A stretch of 64,000 nucleotides of DNA from Marsupella aquatica (Eukaryota; Plantae; Marchantiophyta), in assembly GCA_973895155.1 (NCBI GenBank), contig OZ316896.1, positions 13,755,442 to 13,819,441 of the forward strand, read 5' to 3'. Positions within the stretch are counted from its first letter, which is position 1; each line of letters starts with the position of its first letter. The notes under the pieces are model-generated. The model had not been told where the DNA came from and did not search any database. It worked only from the letters and a program-made list of their open reading frames with translations. This document shows positions 24,640 through 39,229 of the stretch, in pieces. Made by a program: the position numbers and the translations under genes.

Positions 24640-25281
24640 TTCAAAATTTGCCATTGAACAGGATATAAGTATACCCCTCCCACAATTTTCAAAATTTGCT
24701 ATGGAACAAAATATAAGTATACCCCTCCCATAATTTTCTCTTTGTAGTATTATTTCTATGGATGGTTATGAGCTATAAGCCCCATGCCAGCCTAGCCTGG
24801 GGTTATGGAATTTTGGGCCCTCTACTTATCATGCCTTGAGGGTTATCCAATTTCACACTTTGATTTTCAGGTCCACATAGAGCAACCCTGCACTTGGGGA
24901 GTTACACACTCAATTTGCAAGTAAAAATATAGCAAAAATACAGGTGGGGAGTTGCACTTGTTAACCCATGGCAACTTGGGGAGTGCCACTGGGTCCAAAT
25001 AGAGCAACGCTACACTTGGGGGAGTTACACACTCAATTTGCAGGTCAAAATATAGCAAAAATAGACTGGGGGAGTTACACGTACTCCTTAACCCATGGCC
25101 ACTTGGTGAGTTACACTCGTAAACCCATGGCCAAAGGGGGCCATCGGTGGTACACACATATAATAGGGTGTGTTCGTATTTCAATTCCTAAAATAAAATA
25201 TCCTAAACATCTACAGACCATATAATAGGGTGTGTTCGTATTTCAATTCCTAAAATAAAATATCCTAAACATCTACAGACC
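24640..25281. repeat. Cluster of short tandem repeats
   Basis: ~48-bp x2 at 24640-24735; cacttggggagttacac-type units at 24890-25120; perfect 62-bp x2 at 25158-25281. Confidence 0.8.
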
Positions 25282-26478
25282 GTAACACAATGAGAAGATT
25301 CTTAGTTGTGTCGCCAAATTAGGAAACTAGGGTAGTCTAGAGTAATTTACCAAGTGGAAAGCCCATTAGGAGATAGCAGCAAATTTGATCCCAGAGATGA
25401 GTGACCCCCATAGCAGTTGTGAGGATGTGAGGTGCAGTCACAAGGCACTCAGCAAAGAGATTGTAGGGCCAAGAGCCCTCAAGGAAGAGAATCCTGCAAG
25501 TAGGCTCAAGACTGCAGTTACCCAAACCAGTCACATCTCTCTAAGTGGACAGCAGTATCCATTGGGAGAAAAGCTTCCCACTATATGACATTCTTGGGTC
25601 AAGATGTCAATTACCCAAAACAGTCTCTAGATGTGTAGCAGTATGGATTGGGGACAAAGCTCACAATATGACATTCTCATCTCTGGGAATGCAAGAGAAT
25701 GTAAATAATTGCAACAATGGAGATGACACAAATTCCAGAACCATATTCACAAAGTAGTTAAAATCGTTCTTCTCTTCAAAAGAAGAGCAGGTTTCTTGAC
25801 ATAAACTCGGAGTAACATTTGAATGTAATGCACAAAGACATTTACCAATTTCTCTGGTTGCATTGTGCATTGTTTTACAGAAAACTTGCAAGTCATTTGC
25901 TGACTCATCAATGTCAGCATTTTGACTGACGAGTGCCAAGGTCTACAACTGACCTCTATCTGGATGAATGTCAATCCCAAGGAAGCACTCTCAGTTCTCA
26001 ACTGCCTTGCTGCAAAACTACTTTTTCAGTTCTCTAACTACAGTCCAGCCAAGTAGATTTCCCAAGATCTTCCTACACAGAATGAACAATAATCACTACA
26101 TGCTAATTACAAATCACATTTTTCTGTCATAGGTATGATCCACCAAGGAAATGTCTACCCACTTCTACAACAAACTTCCCTTATCACTGCAGTTCACTCA
26201 CTAGAAGTAGGAATCGTTAACCACCCCTCCAAATAAAACAATGCTAATTGTGACGGTGATGTGTCCGCATCTGCACCTTGAGCAAGTTTCCTTCCCAATC
26301 CAGAGCACATCTCTGGCAAAATTAAGTTTACTAACCCTCAGTGCTAGATCTACAATCCACCTAAATGCCACGCTAATAAAGGCAGCAAAAGAGTTTCAGA
26401 GCCTCATAAGATTTGATGGGCACTGCCTCTCAAAGTTGAGATCCCGAATTGTGAAACACCCTGAACAGTAAGGCAACT

Positions 26479-29400
26479 CTACTTAATTGCTAGGGCAGGG
26501 ATGGCTTTCTGGAGCAAAGAAGAGCCTTTGAAAATCATCATCTGCACCTCTGATCTGTACCTTCGAGACTGTATACAAAAGGAGTGCAATTATTTCAGAC
26601 AATTGTTAAGACAAGCCACAAAAAACGACCCATAAATGGTAAGGTTTATTCTGCCAACTAATATCCCACATCTGAGAAATAAGAGATGGAATGGAGAAAA
26701 ATGGATGTTCATGCAAAGGAACAGATTAACAACTACGCTGTAATCCTATCCTCAAAATTATGATGATTGTCTTCAGCTGCCGAGGTCACAACCAAATCCT
26801 TTGTTCAAACTTTGAGAATCTTTGTTTGGCTCAAAATTAAAGTCTTGTGATGCAACACCAATTTATATAATCCTAGATTCTATGGAAGGACACACCAATG
26901 AAATGAATAGGAAGGTGCCAAACAGTGATAACCAGACCTCCATGACTCTCAACAACACCTTCACAGTTCAAATGAGAGACTAACCTCGTCATCTGACAAT
27001 TTGGAAAAAGCAAACTTTTTCACCCAAATTCCTTCAGCCCCTTCTGCCGCAGGTAGAACAAGTCGCTGAACATGCAGTACTCCCAAAAGCCGCTCTATTG
27101 ACAAGATTAGAGCCTTACAAAAGCCCTGCATATTGACCACCAAGTGAGTTGTTTTGACTAACAGAAAACAAACAACTAGAAGACGAGAACTTTTCTGCTC
27201 ACAAATAAATCTCATCTCACGTCTGAAAACGCTATAAAAATGGAAATGTCAAGTAAATTTCTGTCAAACACGAGTAATTTCTAAAATTAAAGAAGTGACC
27301 TACGTGTGAACCTATTACAATTTGAATGCTTCTGAATCGACAAAAGTACCTGTCCAGTGCTTCCAACTTTAGTGGCTACAAGAGGCAACTCAGCAAATTG
27401 CCTCCCAAATATCCTCACTAATGCTGCTGTTACCACTTCATCACTGACAAATTAATCAAAAGTATGCATCAGTGAGACGAACGACCAGTTCTAAGAAAAT
27501 GAAAGATCCACTCAAATTAAAAATCAAGGCATATTTAGGTAATAGCATGCATTCAGAAGTATAAAATGCTCTGGCTCTTACTTGCGTTTGAGAACAACAC
27601 AATGCATACCACCGAAATCTTGATCCCTTGTATTTCGACTGCAAGAGACAGGTAGATGAAACTGGTGAGCAACAAACAAAAAAACCCAGCATAGATAAAT
27701 TCTTTCAGAAGCACCCAATGACTGAGTCTATTCCTCAGAGCTGTAGGACCATGAAAATAGTGATGGCAAACGGGCCCTTCTATTTTTGACTAAATGCTAG
27801 CCATTTACAAGAGTGAGTGCAAAACAGTTCACACTGTCATGTGCAATACAAGCAAAGATGCAAGAGTTGTTCTGCTACTATTTCTGGTGCTTCCAGCATT
27901 TAGCATGAACCCGGTTCTTCTTACCATAACCAAGTCCTGCTGTTCAACATCATAACAGCCAAAGTATCTACCCTACTGTGAAACGCACAACCCTGATGTA
28001 CGGGAAAAGTCATACCTATGAACCATGAGAGGTATAAGATCTCGTCCTGATGACTCATCTACAATAGGATCAAATGATTCCTGTAGACATTTCAGTAACA
28101 TTGTATGTCAGAGGAGTTTCTTACACCATTGCAAAAGATATATACATGCTACATCCAAAACAATGTTGTGAAGGGACCAGACGAGGAGTAAAACCTGGAG
28201 TAAAAGTCATGCACAATGTACAAAATAAAAAGCAATCCAAAGCTTTCAACCGGAATGGTTAAAAGTTTTTGACACTTACAGAAAAAATAGCTACCGCTTG
28301 AGTGAGAGTTTTGCCATTCACAGGATCACCTCTTCGACCATGAAGTAACTGCCAAGCATAGGTAGGGACTTCCGGCTCTGACTCCTCTTCAGTGCTTCCA
28401 TCTGGTTTCTTGTTCTCTATGACCTTGCTGATGATACTATCTGCCAAGGGCTCCATTCCATTTGCAACGAGCAAATTAAGGATGCTGTGAATGTGTTGAC
28501 ACTCCTTCCCACAGAACCATTCTCCCTCTGGCAATTCCTGCTTCAGATAGGCTTGAGTGAGAACAAGAAGCCAATCTTCAAGGTCAAGCAGACATTACTG
28601 TTGATAAAACGCTTTGTGAAGAGGATTGGAAGTCTAGCCACGGATAAACACACAATAAGAACCAACCAAGGAACAGTAGCACCCTTGGATTGTACTTCAG
28701 AGTGCAAAACACTCACCTCTAGATTAGCTAACCCATGCTCCTTCAAACAACCAACATGGTACTCCCTTTCACACTGGACAAGCCACAATGTCAAACAAGA
28801 CACAGTAATCAGTGAAAACTTTGCCAAAATTCTCACAAAGACAGTCATGCAAAGAGCATACTTCTAGCAATTAAAAAAAATTAATCCAAGTCCGGAATTA
28901 TATTGTTTTTGGATTACTTATCATCACAAAGGTACGGCTGAAAACTGACAATCATCTCTGGTAAGATTCAGGGAGATGTCTGAACTACTTACTTGGTCAC
29001 AGAGCAGAATTGTCCTTGGGCCAAAACCTGTCTTTTCAAACGCACCAGACCTGAAACAAAAATCCAAACATATAAGAATTGACAATCTACTTCCATCCAA
29101 GATAATGATAAAATTTCATCTTACCTATACAAAGATCTGAGGCATCAATTGGAGAATGCAAGAGGTATTTCACCAACAACCACATCTATATTTGAAGATG
29201 GTACAGATAAATTGCTACAATCCACCAAGTTCAGTTTCATCTGTTCTACAGGAACAAGCTGATAAACTGAAGGCAAGGCAAAAGGTAAACTAGCACTTCA
29301 CTTGCCTACAATGGAGAAGATAATATATCTCAAACATAAAAGGGATAATATACAGAATCTTCATGTGAGCTATACAATCACTGTGACTGTTCTCCTAAAC

Positions 29401-32400
29401 AGTATCTACCCTGCACATTACAGCAGCTTGGAAAGAGAAGTCCAAGAGGTATTCATAGTCACATATATACCTGCAGAATACACAACCACTGCTAACTGTA
29501 TCAGTTGCTTTTAATATGCGTGTATAATGGTCATCATTATTCTCTTTCCCAGGTGTCCCTCCAGCTCTGCTGCTACCTCTCAGTTTGATTTTACTGGTCA
29601 CTTTACGACCACTTTGTCTCTTACAACGAGAGCAGAACCAGTTGCCAGCTGGAATGCCAGCCAGCCCTGCACATTCTGCACAAGAAATAGGACCATCATA
29701 ACTCTGCAGGTCATTATCACGAACTGTAAGGAAAAACTCTCTATATCGTGACAAGGACAAATTCACAGAGGAGGCTGATCAGCTGGTATGAGATGTACTG
29801 GACACAAGAGTGAACACAAGTTTACACACAGAAAAGAACTTTCTCGTTGCCACACACAAAGCATCAAGTAAAGGCTAAGACAGAAATTTAATGGAGGATT
29901 TACAACATTGGTTCAGGGAATATATAAAGAGATCAGCTTCCAGTCAAATCGAGGTTATTTCAAAAGATCCACTCACAATATTTGAACATCCTGCAATTTA
30001 AGATAGGTAAAAAAAGATTACCAGGATGGTAAGCTCCTGGACAGCTGTCACAAAGGACGAGCTCTCCACCATCACCACACTCTGTACAATAATCCACATT
30101 CTCGACAGGAGTCTCTTCACCTCCTTTCTTTTGGCCAAGGGCGAGGGCAGCTATGTGAAGGGACTGCCCATCTATCAAATATATACTAGAATACCTGGTA
30201 GAAAACAGATCGGCATAAAATAAGTTACCAATCTGTACTCCATTAGTTCCAAAATTACATTCAACCTCCCCTGGATATTTAAACTCGAGAAAATCAAAAA
30301 CTACAAATGGTCAAAAGTTGAGTCTAGCTCACGGATTCCGGCGTGAACCCCATCCTGCATGTTGCTCGAACTGTGAGCAACTCACCTGCAGTAAGAAACA
30401 ATGCCCTTACTTCATGATCTTACGACAACAAAACACAGGTACATCAAATTTACTTCATCTAAAATAACCGAAATACCACTAATTAAATTCTCCTCCACAA
30501 TGCATGGAGCACACAGCGACAGGTTTGATGAAACACTAATGACAAGAGATTAGATGCATACAACTTGCTCGCAGCATTCACACAGTATCCCAAGACCCTT
30601 TTTAACTCCCGTGAGATATCTCTGCAAAACGAGGCCAAGCAAGGTGTCAGCCATGTGCACATTCAATCCACAAACAAGTACCTACGCAGAGTCTTAATTT
30701 TCCACACTATCAAACCCAAAAACGAATTTGCCCCTAAACTGTATTCTTTCGGTTCAATTATTTGAAAAAGTAGAAATAAGTTCAGCAGAACTTTGCCATC
30801 GAAACTTGTGACCACGAACCTGACCCTTCACATAGTATGCAACCTCTGTGTCATCTGGTAGACCTCCAGGTACAAAAAGTGCTTTATGTAAGTTAGCATT
30901 TGAATCCTTGCCGGTGCTGGATTCCCTAAGAAAGAGCAAAGCACTTTATCAGGCATAAGAGTAAATTTCAATTTGACGATGAACTAGATCAAACCAAAAC
31001 TAAGGAACACCATCAGAACGCAATGACAAAATTTGCTACAAGAGAAGAAAGTCTGTGTACAGCTATCAGTTCAACGCTGCAGAAGCAGCTCACAATTGTA
31101 TACTAATATTGTCATTCCGAAATGTGATCAATTCTTGCAATAGAGAGCCTAATGTCGTAATCTTTTGTCCCCACAAGTCCCATCACAGCTCAGTATCGCA
31201 AAGTTGCTCCACCTAGGATCCCGGGACGAAAACTTCACTCTCTTGAACCTTTATGTTCAAACGGAGGTGCAAAACCTGTGGCCAAATGGCTTTGGGAGAT
31301 GCAATGAGTACTGGCTCCTCAACCTTTCCATGAACTCCAGATTTTGGCGTGCAAGCTCAAATCAGTATGTGCAAATCCAAATTATTTCCAATCGTATATC
31401 GCTATCCTCTACCTGGTAAGCGAAGAGTTGATTTTTGGTGAGGGTCGATTTTCAGCAGACCCGCACTCAAGGCATTGCCAATCTCCATCAGGTGGAACGG
31501 TTAAGCCAACACATTCTGCACAACAATCGGTACATTCAGCGAAGAACCACAAGGCACCCCATTCTCTTTTCAGATACATCAACAAGTACAAAATCCCATC
31601 CATTATCCAGGAAACAAAAACCGACTCACAACAACCAAAAGTGAACTACATTCACCCCGGATCTGTGGATTAAATACATGGCACTAGAGAGAAACATGCT
31701 TCACCCTCCGTTGCACCTTGGGGCCATTCACTACATCCCAATGTAGTGGAGTGTTGGAACGAGGACCAGAAACCAAACAATTGTCCACTCAACCATTGTA
31801 ATGCAAACATACAAATGTACAGCGAAAATATACAAACTCAACCCAAACACATAGCACACTACGGTCGGTCGTTTGTCAAAGTTTTTTCCTCCCAATCGAC
31901 TTCATCAAGGTTATATACCCTTGCCGTTGCTGGTGCAACTGCCAAGTCACCGCAACCCCCTAACCCAATATCTAAGGCTCCCTGAAAGCTAAGGTCAATC
32001 GTAGACATCTACTGCAATGCATGTGGCATCCAGCGTCGCACAAAGCCACCAAACGAAACACAACGAACCAGAACAATAAGGAAAGGATATGCTGCCCCAA
32101 TGTCAAAGCCAGGGAACACAACACACCTAGGTGGTACAAATTGGAACATCGAATACAAGTAACTTCCGCACTTGCAGTTCCACATTTTGCACAACCATTC
32201 GTGAGAGTCTTCTCTGGATCTGGCCCCATTGCCTTATATAAAGCCTCTGACACTTTCCTCCCATTCTCTGTAGCTTTCCATCCTGCTTCCATGACTTCAT
32301 GGAGGTTCTTCCCGTTGTCAATATAAATAAAATCACTAGGATGTCTAGCAGAACTTCCAGCATGCTTCTCGAATGCAGAAACATTAACCGTCTGCCACAA

Positions 32401-35400
32401 CAATGACAAAAATTCGCATCTCAGAATTGATATACCAATTCCAGAATCAAGCACTGACACAATAGGGGTACTCAATATGGAGTCACGTGAAATAAGCTTG
32501 ACCAACCAACGATGGTAGACTTTCTCCCTCACCTGCCTCCCTTTACACCTGCTGCAGTCACACACTACGCCAGTATCGTTTATCCTCCCGGTAAGCATGA
32601 TCTGTGAACGAAAAGAAAACTTTTAATCATTTTACAACTTTGAAAGTTGTCACAGAAACACTGTCATTTCCCACACAACTTACAATATTCAATACTTCAA
32701 CACACATACCTTCCCGTGACGATCCATATATCTGACTCGAAATCCTGACAATATCCCAGTTGCTAGCAGACCCTTAGCAGTTGTGGGCGCTTCCTTAATT
32801 GCTACTAACGCTGCAGGCATTAGTCCTACCTCCTCCTTCACGGAAACTTCTGAGGACATCTTGACCTTCAATCGTGTAACTCCAGAGTTGGATTGTCGCA
32901 GTGATCTTATAGCAACCGCTTTCGTCTCCCTGACCTCCACCTTTACTTCCCGGTCAATAATGACTTTGTCACGTGAATAAAACTCACCGTGACTCTCTAA
33001 CCTTTCAGATTTCGCATAAATGACTTTGTCACGTGCATGAAACACACCCTCTCTCTCCAACCTTTCAGGTTTCTCACCCTTTTGAAGAACCTCTGATGAG
33101 CGTGAAGTGCCATCAGGAGAAAGGGAACTATCTACAGGGGCTTCTTTTCCCCCTGCCCTTGCTACTCCTGAACATCTATGCGTTATCCTCCTTGACCCAC
33201 AGTTACTACACAAATAAGCTTTCCCATCTTCAACAGGCGTTCCGCTGGAAATACCTTCTTGCTCATTCTGTGTGTCATTAGATACTTGACTGTTGCTTGT
33301 ACCACCCATATCATTAATTATCATTTGGTCCATCCCATCTGAGTCGCTCTCTTCATCCTGAGACGTTTTGTCAACATTGTTGTCATCTCTGCCTCCTACA
33401 TCTGCATGAACAAGGCTCTGGAAAGAGAATCTTTCATGCCTTTCTGTGGAAATTAGTACCTCTCCTGGCGAGGGATGATGCCCAATAATGCTCCCCACTT
33501 GCACGGATTGAGAGTGAGTTTCCCTGATTGGCTCTTCATTTCCGGCACTATCTCTAGCATCTGCTTCACGAGAAGTCGGAATGTCGTGATCGAGCATTGG
33601 AATGTCTGATTTCAGGGTTGAATCAAATTCATCATAGGATAGGTCATCCTCATTAATGTCATCAAGAGCTTCAGCAGGTATTGTTCTTTCAGGGTCTTCA
33701 CCGAATACAGATATATCGAGCTTCAAGGCAGCTGTGAAGTCATCATCACCCGAATCTTGATCATCAAAGACATTTTGAGCACCCACTTCTTCAACATCGT
33801 CCTCCCTATCAATATCAGCCTCCAATGGAGCTGATGGCTCAACTTCAAACCCTCGCTCATCCCCAGGCTCTGCATCATTTGCAACAATAGCCGTAATCTG
33901 TTCATCGACGTTTCTGTGCACATATTCATCTCCATCCTTAAGGCTGTCGTCTTCATTACGCTTTTCCATTCCCGAGACCTCCCTCGATTGTGACTGCTGT
34001 CAGGGAAAACACACATAGTAGGATCATAATTTCAGAGACCGCCGCCAGCACTCCCCACTAAAACTTCATAAAAATGAAAATGAAAATGAAAATGAATTGA
34101 AAATGCCTTTACTCAGCTTATCTCATCACCAAGTCTTACATAACAGGATGTTACGGGCAGTATCGGTACAGCAAACGAATCTTGGAGAAAGATTTTGGTA
34201 TGTTCAATGGCGTGTCCCCCAATGACCAGTGCTCTTCTGTCTAAACCTCCTCTACCAGACACGTATGCAAGTAAGCACAATCACTCGGCGATAATACAAA
34301 ATTGTTTAATCATCTTACTTAAGCAAGTACCCGACACAGGACATGGTGAAGAGAGTCAGATTATAGTGAATATTCCCTTAAAAATTATCAACGGCCACAT
34401 AAATATCATCCTCTTTCCCATATTGTAGTTCACTGAAGATAACAGGAATAGTAAATCAAACTCACTCGCATGAAGCCAAGGTCCGTTCCTTCGTCAGAGA
34501 GCAATTTTTCATGCTGATTGGCCGCACCGTCATTGAGTTTGACATTATCCGGAGCAGCTGACGGTAAAGGGAGCCCAGCAGGCCGTAAGGGTAAAGGAGA
34601 ACGCCTTGCAGGAGCTGGAGAAGATGTCGCAGGCAAATTCGCCGAACGGGGTGGTGATGAAAGTAGAAAACTCTCAGCTGTAGTTTCCAAATGAGGAAAA
34701 CACAAAGGAGTTCTTCTAGCCTTTGGAGTGTGAGGATTTTCAAGATTACCAGAACCATCCATGTCTGGTGGGCTGACTGGCTCAAAAGCACTCTCAGTTT
34801 TCTCTGCACCATCGTCGAAAGAAGGCTCCCCTCCCACTTGTTCATCATCGACTGTTGTTGCATTTCGTTCTGCTCCAACAGGACCAACATCTTTCACATC
34901 CCATTTTGAAACCTGATCAAGAGCAGAAAGTTCATTTTGTGAAAAACCAGGTTCCCATCCGAAATTAGGCTGCAGAGACGCTGGTGAACAGAGCAAATTA
35001 GTCGACGTGGCTGGCAAGGAAGCTGCGTCGGCATCCAACGATGAAGCCTTACTGTTGTCAGTCCCAGTAGGCAATCCACCACCCAAACTTCGCAGAATCG
35101 GCTCTTCTACAAACGAGACGGCCAATTCATCGCTGTGGCTAAGCGGACCGGGCGATTGGCCTTGAGACAGAGGAGCTACAGTTTCACAAGCATCCCAGTC
35201 TTTTGCGGCCTGCTTCTCATTGTCCTGAAGTTCTGCATCATTGCCACTTACATGTTGCCGTGAAGAGTCAGAGGAAAACTTTGTATTCAATTGGGATAAC
35301 CCATGTTCCGCTACCACCTCAAAGAGCCCGCCAGTCTTATGTTTCTTATTCGGTGAGGATATTCGTCCGTCGCGGAAAGAATCATCTGTTCCATTTTTCC

Positions 35401-35659
35401 GTTTCACAACAATCTTCACTCTGTCGGGTTTCTTACAGGGTATTCCCTCGGTCCCATTAGGAGAAGCGGGGCTAATAATAACGCCAAATTTTGAATTCTC
35501 TAAGGTTGCCCTGATATTTCCCACCTTGGAATCACCATTTTCAAAACAAGACTGAACGCCCAAACTTGACTGAATATGTCCGTTCCCCTTCGCTGTATCC
35601 AACTGCGAAGTTGAGCTGGATTGCTCAACACTGGTCATTGTACCATCACCGTGCACCAT
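26479..35659 (-). CDS. IDM1-like Tify-binding/PHD-finger GNAT acetyltransferase (multi-exon)
   Basis: Exons encode AKGLLATGILSGFRVRY, CDCSRCKG, VSAFEKHAGSSARHPSDFIY, CAKCG..C, VPPDGDWQCLEC, LHKALFVPGGLPDDTEVAYY, SQFEQHAG, CTECGDGGELVLCDSCPGAYH, IPAGNWFCSRC, GPRTILLCDQCEREYHVGCL, EGEWFC, FAELPLVAT, GFCKALILSIERLL..LVLPAAEGAEGIW and MMIFKGSSLLQK. Stop at 26479. The start (35659) is the first ATG of a large exon, and 5' UTR exons probably extend to ~38,480. Confidence 0.92.
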
Positions 35660-38600
35660 CCTTTACAATCCTGCACAACACCCAAGCTAATCTCAATGAA
35701 ACGGCGTGGTGGTGTGCCAATTGCATAGTCGGCCACACGCAAGAAGAGTAGACAGACACCAGAGAAAGCGGGAGATGTCGGTCTACATGCAAAGCGATCG
35801 CTTAGAGCAATACGGTTGAGGTATGAGATTCCTTGCTGAAAATCCACGTGGGTGGCAAGGCCGCTTTCGAATTCAAGGTACTACAACATTACCCAACAAT
35901 TTCGAATTCAAGGTACTACAACATTACCCAACAAATTCGGCTAAGCTGTGCTCAGAAAAACCAGCGCAATATGCTAAGGGAGCGATTAGACAAGATGACC
36001 GGAGCGTTAAATGTTCGGGTGGGTCGGTCCCGTGTATAACCGTAGGGCTTCACATATCGTTAGTGACACTCATCTCCACCCCCATGCTCCGCATTACTGG
36101 CACAGCAACGTCGGATGTCGACCGAAACTACAACCCTTCATGCTTTGAACTTCCCACACGACATATAAGAACACCCAATGTCGAACAGATCCTCTAATAG
36201 TACAGCAAAACGGTGAAGCCTAAAATGGCACATTTCAAACATTCAGGATTTCCGTCAAGGACGATAGATTTTGTCATGGCCTTACATTGATCGCTAAATC
36301 CGAAACAACTCTCACGTTCTCATTCACGTGTCACAAACGCTGCTTTCCGGGTGGGAGGACACTCAAAGGCAATCAAGTATGGTGTGACAGGTTCAAAAAA
36401 AATGCAACCATTTACTGCGCCCTACAATCAAGCATGAAGCTGGGACAATATGCGGGTAAAGCCCGTTCAAGAAATTCTAACAGCTAGATAATCGGTGGAA
36501 ACTGCAAGAAGTCAGCTCCTCAGTCACGGCGAATCAGAGAGTTAGAATACAGCAAACAAAATCAATTCTCTGCTGCGAGGAGCTAAAGTTGTGACAAGAA
36601 TAGCCAAGGAGAATTCAACCTCGTCGCTTCAAACTACCACATTAGGCAATTCCGATGGACGAGCTGTGAGGGAATTCCGCTGTGAGATTTCAGATGTTTG
36701 CTGTGTCTAGCAAAGTGAGAAACTATACTTCGAGGGAGTTCGAGAGGTATTCATGTCGGCGGTGTCGATAGCAAATTGAATGCTAGGGAAGGCTCCGCAC
36801 GGGCATGACGAATTCAGCACGCTAACGATCGCATCAGCGATGAAAAGAACGGACAGGGAATGGTCGAATTTGAGATGAGCTTTCGTTGACTAAGATTCAG
36901 TCATCATTCTAGTGGACTGTCCGTCAGAACCTAATGAATCTAGCTGCAGCAAGTTTTCTGCAAGATTGATATTAAGACTTGAAGAACGTCAACGCTGGTG
37001 CTCTGCACGGTCAAAGACTGGACGGAAACGTCGCAGACTTCGGCGCTGCTGCAGAACTGTGGATAAATGATACGATCTCCTCGTCAGAGTTGGGAGAGCA
37101 TTAAGTAAAGCAGGATGTGGACCCATCGACGTGTCACCGGATGGGATGGAACAAGTGCATCAAAAACAAAAAGGCATCACAGTCGTTCAAGATTCAGGAT
37201 GATCGGGAAAATTACCTACATTGTAAGTGCGAAATCATCCCCAGACATGCTGCTCGAAAAGAGAAGATGATCTCAGCATTGCCAACAAATCAGGAGAAAG
37301 ATGCCCAAACCCTAAAGCAGGAAAACTCCGTGTTGTTCGCAACCTACACGACCTCCACTCCACACTCAATCGCTCGTCCCAATCCCTACTAGTCGACCAT
37401 CACCCACTGACTCGGTAGTAGTCTTAGCTTTCGCAGTCAAGGCATGCCAAGTAAATCCGCGATGACTGTCCTCAATCTTGCTCTCTCATCGTTCCTCCCC
37501 ACTCACACCACTCCCTGTTGTAAAAGCTTGGAACTCATTTCATACCAATAATCCAATCTGAATTCCTTCCCGATTCCGCTGCATACCCTGGCCACCTTGT
37601 CTTGGCTGCAGACGCATAATGGTCTGGCCAGATTGACAATCGTCGAGAGCAATCGACGTGCGGTCCCTTACGTACCACCGAGTGCCGCAAGGCAACAAAC
37701 ACCTGACATCAACGCAAGCAGCACGACGCGGCAAGCACAACCCCGACCCTCACTCCACTGCTCTCTGCGCTATGCTCCCTGCTGCTCGCTTAGTCCTCCT
37801 CTGCGTACTGATGCTGGATACACACTCGACGACGCAAGCATCGCTGCTCCATATACTCACTTCCATATCCACAGCAAGATTGCCTGCCTTTAGGTTTCCA
37901 GCTTCCTAACCCGGCCGCGACGTGATCGCCACACACGGCCTTCTCTTCCTCTCTGTCGACTTGCTGCTGCTACATCGATAGGAGCAGCCTCCTTCCGCTT
38001 CTCCACCGAAGCAGTCCTTCCATACCGTAACCACGATGCAGCAGAACTCTACCCCAACCTCCAGCCCCACCCCCGCTACTCGTCCACGTCTGCTTTTCTT
38101 TGTTTCGCGCTCAAGCTTCCCCTCTCAGCCTCTTGCTCACTCGACTATTTCTACCGATGAACTGTCCTCCTCTATTGGCAGCTTCTCCTCCTCCTCCTCC
38201 TCATCCTCTTCTTCTACCGTCTATCCAATCCCCGCGAAGCTCCTATTCCGCTGTCATTCCTCCTCCTGCTCCTCTTCTTCCTTCTCTCCAATACCTTCAC
38301 GCAGCTCCTCTTCCGCTCCTCCACCGTGTGCTACACGCCGTTCGTCTTGCTCAATCCGTCTTCGCCATCTTCGACCACTCTGCATCATCTGATCGGCGCA
38401 GCCCTCGCTCTCGACTCGAAGCCCGGACACGAACTCCGTCATCAAGCAATCAGTCACTCGACCACCACCGACCGCAGCTAACGGAGAGGATAGAATGAAA
38501 GATAGATGCCGTGTAAGAGGAGGGGCTTGGGCTTGGGCTCGGGCTTTGCTTGTGGATAGCGCAATGGTGGCAGCGCGGCACAAGGATAGAATATATCGCA

Positions 38601-39229
38601 GAGGCCGACGTAGCAGCGTAAAAACCCCGAAGGAAACGCCCAGTTTTTGGCCCCCAATGTTGAGGAATTTGCGCGGCCACCAGGCTCCCCTCTATTTGGC
38701 TCTGTTCTCCTTTGTCCCTCGTTTTTCGTTCACAAAAGCTCGAAGCCTTCCCAAAAAAACAGAGCACAGCATAGTGGAGCTCAATTTTACCCAAACAATT
38801 GAAATTCAATTGGAAAAATTTTTAAAAAAGTGGAGATTTGAAAATAGGGGGACCCCAAGTTTTCATTCCTGCCACGTCCAGAATGAATTTGCTTCCCATT
38901 CATTGACTGATGTCCATGAATTTAGGGGGATGGACCTACCAAACCAATAAAGCTGGAAGTCATTGGTGGTTCGTGAATCCTGATGTGGTGACGGCTGCCT
39001 TTGACTTCTATGCCTTACTCCAAAATTTTCCAAATCTTGCACACTTTAACTCTTTATGGCATGGTTATCTTTGTGCACCTTCTCCCCTCCGGAGGCTCGT
39101 GCCCATGAGGCTGATGAGTCTCTCATTGTCACTGTTTACTGCTCATTTAATTAATTAAGCACTTTGTATTCGCCCCCGTTATTGGGGTGTAAGGGACCCT
39201 ATTGGGTCTATGAGATCCTATCTCTCTGG

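Noticed and set aside
25300-26000. Short ORFs downstream of the PHD-GNAT stop
   Set aside because: No motifs or consistent splice chain; probably 3' UTR or intergenic.
35865-35934. Perfect 35-bp tandem duplication (also ~80-bp x2 at 42700-42852)
   Set aside because: Ordinary local slippage or repair duplications in non-coding sequence; no further structure.
37305-37320. aaaccctaaa telomere-like motif as telomerase RNA template or interstitial telomere
   Set aside because: Single telobox-length match with no USE/TATA Pol III promoter and no repeat array.
37540-38950. Overlapping 100-150 aa ORFs (Ser-rich etc.)
   Set aside because: TC-rich 5' UTR/promoter of the PHD-GNAT gene; low complexity with no recognisable domain.
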